A stretch of DNA of 32,000 bases, taken from contig NZ_CP060715.1 in NCBI RefSeq assembly GCF_014396165.1, positions 270,001 through 302,000 on the forward strand, in the 5' to 3' direction. A model generated the notes under the pieces. That model was given only the letters and a program-made list of their open reading frames with translations. It made no database searches and was not told where the DNA came from. Of this stretch, positions 1-8,324 are shown one piece after another (positions within the stretch are counted from its first letter, which is position 1; every line of letters begins with the position of its first letter). Source of the DNA: Erysipelothrix inopinata. Lineage in GTDB: Bacteria; Bacillota_I; Bacilli_A; Erysipelotrichales; Erysipelotrichaceae. Made by a program: the position numbers and the translations under genes.

Positions 1-33
1 TTTCTACCAAAAGACTAAAAGAGAAGTGTCCAT

Positions 34-363
34 TCACTTCTCTTTTACATAAGATAACCCTGTTAATATTACATTTTTATTTAGTCCTAAAATTGGAATA
101 TCCAAACATGTGTATACATTAAGGATGTATTGTTTTTCTTCGACTGATAAGTCATAATCACATCCTTCACACTGAATCGTCCTAAGATAACTCTCAGCTG
201 AATTACTATCTGATAAATTCGTATTATTAAGATACGCAATTCCCCGTTCTCGCATGAGATGCGCTTGGTTGCACTGATAAAACATCAACAACAGCTGCCA
301 TGTAACCAAAATCCCAAATAAAACAGCAAGCATCGTTAAATAGTACTCTATAGCCCCTTTCAC
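34..363 (-). CDS. TadE-like minor pilin / pseudopilin (109 aa)
   Basis: GTG start at 363 overlaps the TGA of the upstream 48-aa ORF (GTGA), with GAGG about 8 nt upstream. The N-terminus MKGAIEYYLTMLAVLFGILV is a very short leader, Gly, an AIEY motif and a hydrophobic helix, as in Flp/TadE-type prepilins. It is the last gene of an overlapped operon. Confidence 0.5.
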   Translation of the reverse strand: MKGAIEYYLTMLAVLFGILVTWQLLLMFYQCNQAHLMRERGIAYLNNTNLSDSNSAESYLRTIQCEGCDYDLSVEEKQYILNVYTCLDIPILGLNKNVILTGLSYVKEK

Positions 364-506
364 TGTCTAACCTCTGTCATTGTATCCCATTGGGTTATCA
401 AGGTGTCCTTTAATATTTCCTTAAATTCATTTGAGAAAAAAATCATTCCCGTCGCAATAACTGTCACAACCAAAACTAATCCATATTCTTCAAAAAAAGC
501 TTTCAT
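360..506 (-). CDS. flp: Flp-like pilin, 48 aa (not in the supplied ORF track)
   Basis: Hand translation of the minus strand gives MKAFFEEYGLVLVVTVIATGMIFFSNEFKEILKDTLITQWDTMTEVRQ*. ATG is at 506, preceded by AGGGGGTGG. The EYGL motif plus an approximately 20-aa hydrophobic helix matches the Flp family core. The gene sits between tadC-like and tadE-like genes and overlaps both. Confidence 0.55.
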   Translation of the reverse strand: MKAFFEEYGLVLVVTVIATGMIFFSNEFKEILKDTLITQWDTMTEVRQ

Positions 507-1221
507 TATTGCCACCCCCTTCAATAACTGAAACAATCGTTAAAAACATTTGCACAACAAATAAAACAGTGACATTAAACATCGGCAATATGGCAATCCA
601 ACTTTTCACATCACGTTTATTTTTGAAGTATTGAACTCTTTCAATCTCAATCCAATCCACCGATCTTTCATACATTGTTTCAAGTTGTTCATTAATATTT
701 GATAAGTTACCACGGTGAAGTCTTTGTAATGTGCGCATTGATTTTCTGATTTCAATCATTTCATATTCTGTTAGAAAATTATCAAAAGCAGTTGCATCCC
801 AAGGATCATCAGTAATTTTTTTGATTAACACGTTCAAGTCATTTTTTATTAACTTTGGTGCATTTTCCGCACTTATTTTTAGAGCCACGACGACCGTGTT
901 ATCCATCAGTAACATTTGTAGTGTACGGAGCCAAATTGGAAATTCATACTTAAGCTCTACTTGGATTTTCAAAAATTGTCGTTGTAATTTTCTTAGAGTA
1001 TGAATATAAAAAATTGGAACTAGAACTAATACCTTCAAACTCAGTAAACTTATTATTAAGATGCAGAAAATACCATAATATTGCGTATCAATTACTCTTG
1101 AGTCTGCTACCAATCTATCTATTAAATATATACTTTCAGTTTTCAATCTCGTTAGTATTACTCGACCAAACTTGACATGGATAACAAGAAGAACAGTAAC
1201 GGTTACTTTACCAATCAACAT
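490..1221 (-). CDS. TadC-like inner-membrane platform protein (T2SS-F-like architecture)
   Basis: The preferred start is ATG at 1221 (MLIGKVTV...), behind GAGGTGG; the ORF-track start at 1245 lies inside the upstream gene. The protein has N- and C-terminal TM segments flanking a helical soluble domain. The call rests on position downstream of the ATPase and architecture only. Confidence 0.45.
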   Translation of the reverse strand: MLIGKVTVTVLLVIHVKFGRVILTRLKTESIYLIDRLVADSRVIDTQYYGIFCILIISLLSLKVLVLVPIFYIHTLRKLQRQFLKIQVELKYEFPIWLRTLQMLLMDNTVVVALKISAENAPKLIKNDLNVLIKKITDDPWDATAFDNFLTEYEMIEIRKSMRTLQRLHRGNLSNINEQLETMYERSVDWIEIERVQYFKNKRDVKSWIAILPMFNVTVLFVVQMFLTIVSVIEGGGNNESFF

Positions 1222-2032
1222 TTTCCACCTCACAATCAAATGCATTTCGGTAGATACCGATGGATTTTTGATAGATTAATATATTAACAATGTAGAAACC
1301 TAGAATGAATATATTTGAAGTATTCGAATTAATAATGTCACCAATTTGATTAAGCATATTGAGGGAAAAATAACTGACAACGAGACCACATCCTATTAAC
1401 ATCATGATCTGCTTTTGAAATTTGTGAATTTCATACTGGTGCTTATAGATCGTGTCATACCAAACATCAATCTCATTTAGAATTCGATTTAACTTATCTT
1501 GATACATTTCATCACCAAATTTTTCGTTGAATTCGATTGTTTTTACTAGAGATTGATAAAGATAATGCGATGAAATTTTAAGATAGCTATTTCTTTCTAA
1601 TTTTCCGCTTCTTAACTCATTAAAGAGATGGTTAATTTCTTCTTCAAAATAAACTTGTTGTGACAACAAGGATTCCATACATATATAGAGACTTGCATTG
1701 GATTCATACTCCGAACAAATCTGCACCAGTAGCGAAGCGTAGTTCTCAAAATACTCGTAATCTTTTGAATACGAGAGCAATACAGATAGAATTTGATATG
1801 TGCCTAAAATGATAAATAATAAGTAAACTACAATATCTTTCCAAATAAATTTTTGGCGAAAAATATGGATACCCTGGGAAAGGGCAATGATACTATAACT
1901 GATCAAAATTTTTTTCGAACTGAAATTAAGATTTTTATAGGAGTATCTTAAATTCCATCTTCTCAAGATGATTATTTGATACAATTCTGAGTGGTAAATT
2001 AATACAAAGCCAACTAATAATAAAACTACCAT
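1208..2032 (-). CDS. TadB-like inner-membrane platform protein (T2SS-F-like architecture)
   Basis: The start overlaps the ATPase stop, with an AGAGGTG RBS. The layout is TM segments, a central helical domain, then TM segments. The call rests on synteny and topology, not on a recognised motif. Confidence 0.45.
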   Translation of the reverse strand: MVVLLLVGFVLIYHSELYQIIILRRWNLRYSYKNLNFSSKKILISYSIIALSQGIHIFRQKFIWKDIVVYLLFIILGTYQILSVLLSYSKDYEYFENYASLLVQICSEYESNASLYICMESLLSQQVYFEEEINHLFNELRSGKLERNSYLKISSHYLYQSLVKTIEFNEKFGDEMYQDKLNRILNEIDVWYDTIYKHQYEIHKFQKQIMMLIGCGLVVSYFSLNMLNQIGDIINSNTSNIFILGFYIVNILIYQKSIGIYRNAFDCEVENVDW

Positions 2033-3006
2033 TTTACACCTCTTAATTGGGCTTTTTCTTTAATACCTTCTGGAATTGGCATCAACAATCGTTTGTTTCC
2101 TCTTTGATATATTTTCTTCACTTGTTTTTCATCATATACAACAATTTCACGTACTGAACGTGTAATTCCCTCAGTAGACATAAATAAATCAATATGAACA
2201 CCGACATCCAACGAGTTTAGTATTTTATCATACAAAATTTCGTTTGCGATATCTGCACTGGGAATCATATTTAGCAGTCTATTGGGAATTTCATGAGCAT
2301 TTCGAGCATGAATCGTACTCAGCAAATGTGTTCCCGTAGCAACGCAGTTTAAAAGGTCAAGTGCCTCCTCGCCTCTAACCTCACTCAATAAAATCCAATC
2401 AGGTCTTTGCCGCAAACTTGTTTTAATTGCATCTTGATAGTTAAATTTCGCATCAACTTTCATTGAGATGCAATCACGGCTCTTAAATATTTTACGATAG
2501 TGTAACTCATACGAATCTTCGATGGTAATCACTCTTTCTTGTTCTGAGATATAGCTTGACAAATATTTAATCAGCTCTGTTTTACCAGATCCCGGTAAAC
2601 CACTTACCATGATGTTACACTGTGAAAGTACACAATATCTTAAAAACTTTATACCATTCTTAGACAGGTATTCACTTTCTATCATTTTGCTCTCAGTAAG
2701 TCTCAACCGTAATGACGTCTTACGAATAGATAAGGAAACTTGAGTGGTGATACATGGATGAATTGCGCTGATTCTCAGATTATCAAGGTCTGACTCAAGT
2801 ACTGGCGTTTGAAGATTAAATTGTTTATTAACTTCGTTCGAAAGTCGATTGCATAGTTTTTCTACCTCCGATGCGTTCCAAAAATTTTCAATAGAATATC
2901 TCCCCTTTTCAAGATGGTCTAACCACAGATCTTTACCATTAAAGTTTATGTCTGTAATTTTTTCGTTATCAACATAGCGTTGCAACAATCCAAAATCAAA
3001 TGCCAT
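2026..3006 (-). CDS. tadA: CpaF/TadA-type secretion ATPase (T2SS-E / VirB11 superfamily)
   Basis: Motifs seen: Walker A GLPGSGKTE, Walker B-like DWILLSEVRGEEA and His box THLLSTIHA. ATG at 3006 is the likely start, since the ORF-track start at 3009 is TTG. The gene overlaps the cpaB-like stop. Confidence 0.85.
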   Translation of the reverse strand: MAFDFGLLQRYVDNEKITDINFNGKDLWLDHLEKGRYSIENFWNASEVEKLCNRLSNEVNKQFNLQTPVLESDLDNLRISAIHPCITTQVSLSIRKTSLRLRLTESKMIESEYLSKNGIKFLRYCVLSQCNIMVSGLPGSGKTELIKYLSSYISEQERVITIEDSYELHYRKIFKSRDCISMKVDAKFNYQDAIKTSLRQRPDWILLSEVRGEEALDLLNCVATGTHLLSTIHARNAHEIPNRLLNMIPSADIANEILYDKILNSLDVGVHIDLFMSTEGITRSVREIVVYDEKQVKKIYQRGNKRLLMPIPEGIKEKAQLRGVKW

Positions 3007-3670
3007 CAATCATACGTTTCCCTTCTTCATTTACTTCGGATTGTCCACTTTCGTACGCATTTGCGGATAATGTATAAACTAACTCTCCCATTTCATCACC
3101 TCGCAACAGTGTCTCATAGGATTCTTGAGTTACTGCAAGAACCATTACAACCGGTACGCTATCATTAGCCTCTTCACCTTTTCGATCCCTAACTGCTAGC
3201 ACCCTTGCATGTCTTACTAATTCTTGGACGACAGGGTCCGTATTTTTGGAAGTAAGGCGTATATAAATATCCACGAATTGATCTTTACGAATTGTATTTC
3301 CGCCACTACTTTGAATATCCACAGATGCCGTAAACATTTTTTCATCATCAACGAGTTGGGTGATAATTCCATCTCTCATTTCAGTGATTTCTTCAACACT
3401 TTCTCTGTGAACAAACTGTTGCGGGTATAACGTATGTCCTAAGGCAACATATTTTCCAACAAGATTGGTCTCTTCTTCAATAAATGAACTGAGATAAAGA
3501 TATCGAGGAATATTTACGGCAACGACATCCTCTTGCTTTATCTCTGTTCGTTGATCCTTGACTTTATTGAGTACGTAAACTGTTTTCCTACTATTAAGAA
3601 AGCGAATTCCCGACCACACTGACAACACCCAAAAACTAAGTGATGCAACGATTACAATTTTACGTTTCAT
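2996..3670 (-). CDS. cpaB: CpaB/RcpC-like Flp pilus assembly protein (N-terminal TM anchor)
   Basis: GGAGG RBS. The protein has a single N-terminal TM segment (IVIVASLSFWVLSVWSGI) and then a beta-rich periplasmic-type domain. It lies immediately upstream of the ATPase, as in Tad loci. Confidence 0.55.
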   Translation of the reverse strand: MKRKIVIVASLSFWVLSVWSGIRFLNSRKTVYVLNKVKDQRTEIKQEDVVAVNIPRYLYLSSFIEEETNLVGKYVALGHTLYPQQFVHRESVEEITEMRDGIITQLVDDEKMFTASVDIQSSGGNTIRKDQFVDIYIRLTSKNTDPVVQELVRHARVLAVRDRKGEEANDSVPVVMVLAVTQESYETLLRGDEMGELVYTLSANAYESGQSEVNEEGKRMIDGI

Positions 3671-3999
3671 ATCTTATCCTCCACCATGGTTTCTCTTAAA
3701 CTAATTAAGTGGCTACCTTGATAAAACGTAATTCTTAATTGAATTAAATTAGGGAATTGATGATATCCCTCTAAAAATGCATCCTCATAAGATACCTTTT
3801 GTTTCCTCAACATTCTTTCTATAAATTCTTGAGCATCAGCTTCATCTTTGAAGTGTTGTCTTACGGTAGCTTCTGTTGTCTGTCGCAAACCAAATCGTTG
3901 TTGTTTTTCAAAATAAACATTGACACTAAAATTAAATAAAGTTATTAAGATACTCAGATAGACAAGTAGCAATGCCGCAATAATATTAAAAGTCTTCAT
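3667..3999 (-). CDS. Small membrane-anchored protein, first gene of the Tad-like operon (110 aa)
   Basis: GGTGGTGA RBS. The N-terminal TM helix is FNIIAALLLVYLSILITLF, and there is an ATGA overlap with the next gene. No family was recognised. Confidence 0.5.
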   Translation of the reverse strand: MKTFNIIAALLLVYLSILITLFNFSVNVYFEKQQRFGLRQTTEATVRQHFKDEADAQEFIERMLRKQKVSYEDAFLEGYHQFPNLIQLRITFYQGSHLISLRETMVEDKI

Positions 4000-4096
4000 C
4001 TTTTCACCACCTGTTTAAACTATGAATTAAGTTATCGCTTTCCTACTATTTAATAAACTGTTTGGCAATGACCTTTTATGAATCTTTGTTAATTTA

Positions 4097-4105
4097 TGGT
4101 ATAAT
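4097..4105 (+). promoter_or_regulatory. Extended -10 element (TGgTATAAT), 6 nt upstream of the apbE ATG
   Basis: TG is at 4097-4098 and TATAAT at 4100-4105. The ATG at 4112 falls at the expected transcription start, and there is no Shine-Dalgarno in between. Confidence 0.4.
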
Positions 4106-4111
4106 TTCATT

Positions 4112-5227
4112 ATGAAAAAATTGATAACGATAATAGCCGTAGTCCTTTTATTAACAGGATGTACGAAGAAAAATGAACTTGAGAAATTCAGTGCAAAAAG
4201 TACTGAAGTTGGTTTTGACACTGTCTTAGAATTCATAGCCTTTGCACCCAATCAAAAAAAATTTGATGAATATTTTGATATGGTTAAGAAGGATTATATC
4301 CACTACAACGAACTGTTTGATAAGTACAATGATTACGAAGGCGTAAACAACATAAAAACAATCAACGACAAGGCTGGTATTGAAGCTGTGGAAGTTGATC
4401 CACTAATTATTGAAATGCTTGTTCAAGCGCGTGATTATACTGAAATATCAAAAGGATACTTTGATGTAACTTATGGAGCAGTTCTCGAAATATGGCACGA
4501 CTATCGTGAAGAAGGCGAACTTCTAAATGCTGAAGGAAAGCCAGGCAACGTCCCATCACGAGAAATGCTTGAAGAAGCTAATCAATATACAGGTTGGGAA
4601 TTTGTTGAAATTGATACAGTTAAGAATACAGTTTACTTAACTCATGAACGAACAAAACTTGACGTTGGAGCTATTGCAAAAGGATATGCAACTGAGCTTG
4701 CAGCACAAAACTTAGAAAAAGCTGGTGTAGAACATGCAATTGTAAGTGGTGGCGGGAATATCCGAACCATCAATGGAAAACCTGATGGTTCGGCTTGGGC
4801 AATTGGTATTGAAGAACCTTCTTTGGTTACAAAAGGAGAGAGTGTTGATATCCTTAACTTACAAGGAAGTATGTCGGTGGTTACTTCGGGTGATTACCAA
4901 AGATACTATCTTGGACCAAATGATCAAACGATCAGTCATTTAATCAATCCATTTACATTGGATTCACGCTCTGACTTTAGATCCGTTACGATTGTAACTC
5001 CTGATTCAACGATGGCAGATGCATTATCCACTGCTGCTTATATGATGAGTTACGAAGAAGCTCTCGAATTTGTTGATAATTTTAATACAAAGTATCCAGA
5101 CAAAAAAATTGATATCTTCTGGATTGCAGATAATCGCGATGATTGGACCGAGTACAAAGAGTTTCAATTTAATATGACAGACAATCTAAAACAATTTAGT
5201 AAATCCTATAACGAAAAGAAAGACTGA
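4112..5227 (+). CDS. apbE: FAD:protein FMN transferase (ApbE/Ftp family) lipoprotein
   Basis: Lipobox LLLTGC follows a basic N-terminus. ApbE-family strings DVGAIAKGYA, VTSGDYQRYY and HLINPFT are present. Confidence 0.9.
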   Translation: MKKLITIIAVVLLLTGCTKKNELEKFSAKSTEVGFDTVLEFIAFAPNQKKFDEYFDMVKKDYIHYNELFDKYNDYEGVNNIKTINDKAGIEAVEVDPLIIEMLVQARDYTEISKGYFDVTYGAVLEIWHDYREEGELLNAEGKPGNVPSREMLEEANQYTGWEFVEIDTVKNTVYLTHERTKLDVGAIAKGYATELAAQNLEKAGVEHAIVSGGGNIRTINGKPDGSAWAIGIEEPSLVTKGESVDILNLQGSMSVVTSGDYQRYYLGPNDQTISHLINPFTLDSRSDFRSVTIVTPDSTMADALSTAAYMMSYEEALEFVDNFNTKYPDKKIDIFWIADNRDDWTEYKEFQFNMTDNLKQFSKSYNEKKD

Positions 5228-5241
5228 TTTTATCAGTCTTT
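5219..5241. terminator. Bidirectional intrinsic terminator shared by convergent apbE and the LPXTG gene
   Basis: The arms are AAAGACTGA (5219-5227) and TCAGTCTTT (5233-5241), with loop TTTTA. T-runs follow on both strands. Both stop codons lie inside the arms. Confidence 0.7.
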
Positions 5242-6372
5242 TTTAGTTTCTTCTTTATTTTGTTTTGAAAGTAAATTTAAAGTTAACGCTACTAATCCTA
5301 CTGATGCAATACCGATTCCGATTAACACTGTGTGATTGTTAACGCCAGTATTTGGTAATGTTTTGGTTTGAGACATTTCTTTAATCGTTGGTTTTACTGT
5401 CTCAACTGGTTTCACAGGATCGACTGGCTCAGCGGGATCAATTGGTTTCACGGGGTCAACGGGTTTCACAGGATCAACGGGTTGTTTATCATCTACAACA
5501 TAAGTTAATGTTATATTTTGTAAATACTCATCTCTATCAAATGTTGCTGATATATGATTTTCTCCCTTAATCTTATATCCTTCAATTTCCGGTGCATCAT
5601 ACTCAAACTTTTTACCATGTAAATCTCTAACTAGTACTTGTTCTCTAATGATTTTTCCACTTTCATCTTTAAAGAGTACTCTAATTATTGGTTCTCTAAG
5701 ATAGACATTTGTTATTCTTTCACCAGAATATATGGAATAGGGTCCCATTTGATCCACTGCATCCGGCTCACTTAAGAAACTTGGGCTTAATACATTGTAG
5801 TCTTTAACATAGTCCCAATTCAAATAGAATTTATCACCTTTATAGTCAAGCACATTTGGCCATGCTTGTTTATGAATCCCTTGTTTGACTTCTTCATACA
5901 ATAATTCACGCTCTCCATTTTCCGATTCGTAAAGATATTTAATTGTAGCTTTTGAAGAAAGCGCGTAGTAGGTATGAACTTGCTTAATAGGCTTTTTGTT
6001 CTTTAAATCATTATAATTTAATGTTCTCTCAGAACCTAATTCAAAAGTTCCATCTGCATACTCAATCGAATATCCTGCATACCAATAGTCACCCTTTTTC
6101 ATGATAATATGGTTAGGCTCTTCACCTTTCATTTCTTCGTTGGTGTATGCTTTCCACACTGGATTTGATGCATCAACATCAAAAGTACCTCGTTTTAAAT
6201 CTTCAACATGGCAATAAGGTTCAATGAGACTAGCAGTTGTGCGAATCTCTACAAATTGTTCAGTAAATTGAATTGTTGTATTATCTCCTTGTTCGTCCGC
6301 TGATACCGATGTTGTGAACGGTGTTATTGCTATAAATATCCCCATCAATAGTACTAAAAATTTCTCTTTCAT
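5233..6372 (-). CDS. LPXTG cell-wall-anchored surface protein with a Pro-rich stalk (MucBP-like segment)
   Basis: GAGGTGA RBS and signal peptide (...TTSVSA/DEQ). The C-terminus has LPNTG, a hydrophobic helix and a KKD tail. The segment IRVLFKDESGKII...YKIKGENHISATF resembles a MucBP-type fold. Confidence 0.85.
   Translation of the reverse strand: MKEKFLVLLMGIFIAITPFTTSVSADEQGDNTTIQFTEQFVEIRTTASLIEPYCHVEDLKRGTFDVDASNPVWKAYTNEEMKGEEPNHIIMKKGDYWYAGYSIEYADGTFELGSERTLNYNDLKNKKPIKQVHTYYALSSKATIKYLYESENGERELLYEEVKQGIHKQAWPNVLDYKGDKFYLNWDYVKDYNVLSPSFLSEPDAVDQMGPYSIYSGERITNVYLREPIIRVLFKDESGKIIREQVLVRDLHGKKFEYDAPEIEGYKIKGENHISATFDRDEYLQNITLTYVVDDKQPVDPVKPVDPVKPIDPAEPVDPVKPVETVKPTIKEMSQTKTLPNTGVNNHTVLIGIGIASVGLVALTLNLLSKQNKEETKKD
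5389..5481 (-). repeat. Five tandem 18-nt (6-aa) repeats encoding PVDPVK-type stalk units
   Basis: Translation reads PVDPVK PVDPVK PIDPAE PVDPVK PVETVK P, immediately upstream of the sorting signal. Confidence 0.85.
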
Positions 6373-6460
6373 GATTTCACCTCTAGCAACACTATATCAT
6401 TCCTACAGTTTTTAAACATAATTATGTGAAGTCTTTCACCAATTTTTCATGGTTGCTTAG

Positions 6461-6491
6461 AAACAAAGAAAAGAAGCTTATAAAAAGCTTC
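6461..6491 (-). terminator. Intrinsic terminator ending the ndh2 / polyprenyl synthase / prenyltransferase operon
   Basis: On the minus strand the stem is GAAGCTT / AAGCTTC (6473-6479 and 6485-6491), followed by TTTTCTTTGTTTC. It overlaps the last codons of the prenyltransferase gene. Confidence 0.6.
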
Positions 6492-7377
6492 CTAAATATA
6501 TGAACAGTGCATGCGGTACAAGTACCAACATAAAGTTTTTAATTATAAAGATATCTGACTCATCCTTAATCAGTTTTTCTGCATAAGACTTTACGTTCTT
6601 ATATGCAGGTATGAATGTAATCAAACTCAATAATGCAGTCCAAGGTAGAACTTTTAAAATAACTGCAAGGACAATAGACCCATAAATTGAGAAAAAGAAA
6701 CAGTACATCAACTTCACCGAATGATCTATACCTAAATAGAATGGTAATGTATAACGGTTCACCTTAACATCTACCTCAAGATCACATGTATTGTTTGCCA
6801 ACATAATGCTTGAAGTAAGCAACGTTGGAACTAAAAATACGAGTAGAAATTTGAGAATATTAAGAATATTAAATTCAACATTCACCATACCTTGATGATA
6901 TGCAAAGTAAACCAAAGTATGAGGATCATTTGCATGAATTAAAATAAACGGAATAACATAACCAAATAAAACTCCGGAAATAATTTCACCATAAGGTTGG
7001 CGAGAAATTGGAATAGGACCAAATGTGTAGAAAATTCCTACTGCAAATGAGAACATTCCTAAGAGTAATACAACAATATCAGTTAGATATACCAAGTATA
7101 CTCCCAATACTGTACTTAATGTTAATAAACCTAAAGTGATCATGAGTGCAGTTTTCCGACTAAACCCCAGTGATTCACCATTTGTTTTCGTATCAATATA
7201 GTTATTGATTGAAGTTGTTGTAAGATCAAACACGAACATTCCTAAGAAGAAAATCAACGTTGGAAGGAACTGTATTTGATAGCCCGACACTTTCATATAG
7301 GCAATTGCCATAATAAAGGTAATTAAACTTGTTACCTTCGTTTTTATTTCTACATATTCTAATAAAGCTTTAATCAT
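6478..7377 (-). CDS. UbiA-family prenyltransferase, MenA/DmkA-like (1,4-dihydroxy-2-naphthoate polyprenyltransferase type)
   Basis: The protein is polytopic. The first Asp-rich region is NNYIDTKTNGE. The second is NNTCDLEVDVKVNRYTLPFYLG, matching the MenA NNxRDxxxDxxxGxxTL pattern. There is an ATGA overlap with the upstream synthase gene. Confidence 0.8.
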   Translation of the reverse strand: MIKALLEYVEIKTKVTSLITFIMAIAYMKVSGYQIQFLPTLIFFLGMFVFDLTTTSINNYIDTKTNGESLGFSRKTALMITLGLLTLSTVLGVYLVYLTDIVVLLLGMFSFAVGIFYTFGPIPISRQPYGEIISGVLFGYVIPFILIHANDPHTLVYFAYHQGMVNVEFNILNILKFLLVFLVPTLLTSSIMLANNTCDLEVDVKVNRYTLPFYLGIDHSVKLMYCFFFSIYGSIVLAVILKVLPWTALLSLITFIPAYKNVKSYAEKLIKDESDIFIIKNFMLVLVPHALFIYLGSFL

Positions 7378-8312
7378 TTCTTAGCCGCCAAATCTAAAAT
7401 AGATAAGAGTTCTTCTCTTTTTTCATTTTCAATGTCCAAACTCATAATATCTTTGTGTGCAATTTCGTAATAACGTTGTGCTTCTTGTTTAGTATAATGA
7501 ACACCTTCAGCTTGCTTTACAATTTGATTGACTTCCTTACGACTTAAATCACCTTTTTCAGCAATTTCAATATAGTCTGGGTTTTGATCAAATGCATGAA
7601 TTAACGGTAACGTTATCACACCTTGTTCGAAATCTGATTGAACAGGTTTTAGAGCAATTTTTATTGTTTCTTCAAAATCGATACAATCATCTAACATTTG
7701 GAAAATCATTCCTACATGATATCCAATGCGCTTATAAGTATCAAAGACTTCTTTATCTTCCTGAGACGTTACGGCCCCAGCGTAAAAAGATGCCTCAAAT
7801 AGTTTTGCTGTCTTGCCTTCGATAATTTTTAAGTAGTCATCCATTTTTAAACGATAGTTTCCATTGTTTAAATGTTGACTCAATTCCCCAAGTGCAATTT
7901 CTTCCATGTAATTCGGAAGTTGATAGTTTATATAAGCTTCTCTGCTTTCTACTTGATTTGCTGTATTAATCGCAAGTGCTAATAAGTAGTCTCCACAGAT
8001 TACAGCAGTCTTTCGACCATATTCTTTGTGCAGTGTTGGAACACCACGACGTACATCTGCATTATCCATAACATCATCATGAACTAACGTTGCAAGATGT
8101 AAAATTTCAATTGATGCGGCGAATTTAATCGCATCAGGATGAATACTACCGTCTGCACGTTGTGCTGCAGCCAAAACAGATGCTGCTCGAATATACTTTC
8201 CTTCTGACTTAAGAAGATGTTTCGTATAGGTTCTAATCACCAAAGGAGAGGTTGATAATGCTTTACCAACCTCGTCCTTGACATATTTTAAATTTAATTC
8301 AAACGTATTCAT
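7374..8312 (-). CDS. Polyprenyl diphosphate synthase (trans-IPPS; HepT/IspB/DmkB-like)
   Basis: The first DDxxD region is LVHDDVMDNADVRRG and the second is FQMLDDCIDF. Confidence 0.85.
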   Translation of the reverse strand: MNTFELNLKYVKDEVGKALSTSPLVIRTYTKHLLKSEGKYIRAASVLAAAQRADGSIHPDAIKFAASIEILHLATLVHDDVMDNADVRRGVPTLHKEYGRKTAVICGDYLLALAINTANQVESREAYINYQLPNYMEEIALGELSQHLNNGNYRLKMDDYLKIIEGKTAKLFEASFYAGAVTSQEDKEVFDTYKRIGYHVGMIFQMLDDCIDFEETIKIALKPVQSDFEQGVITLPLIHAFDQNPDYIEIAEKGDLSRKEVNQIVKQAEGVHYTKQEAQRYYEIAHKDIMSLDIENEKREELLSILDLAAKK

Positions 8313-8324
8313 GGATTCCTACCA

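Noticed and set aside
1-33. A further gene continuing the Tad operon after the TadE-like gene (ATG overlapping its stop)
   Set aside because: That frame stops after 9 codons (MDTSLLVFW*), so no further gene can be supported within the window.
731-3430. Plus-strand ORFs 731-1003, 2980-3168 and 3224-3430 inside the Tad-like operon
   Set aside because: All are antisense to genes with RBSs and overlapping junctions. None has a start context or a recognisable motif.
4027-4251. 74-aa minus-strand ORF overlapping the apbE start and promoter
   Set aside because: It has no RBS, overlaps the strongly supported lipoprotein signal peptide of apbE on the other strand, and has a composition typical of antisense noise.
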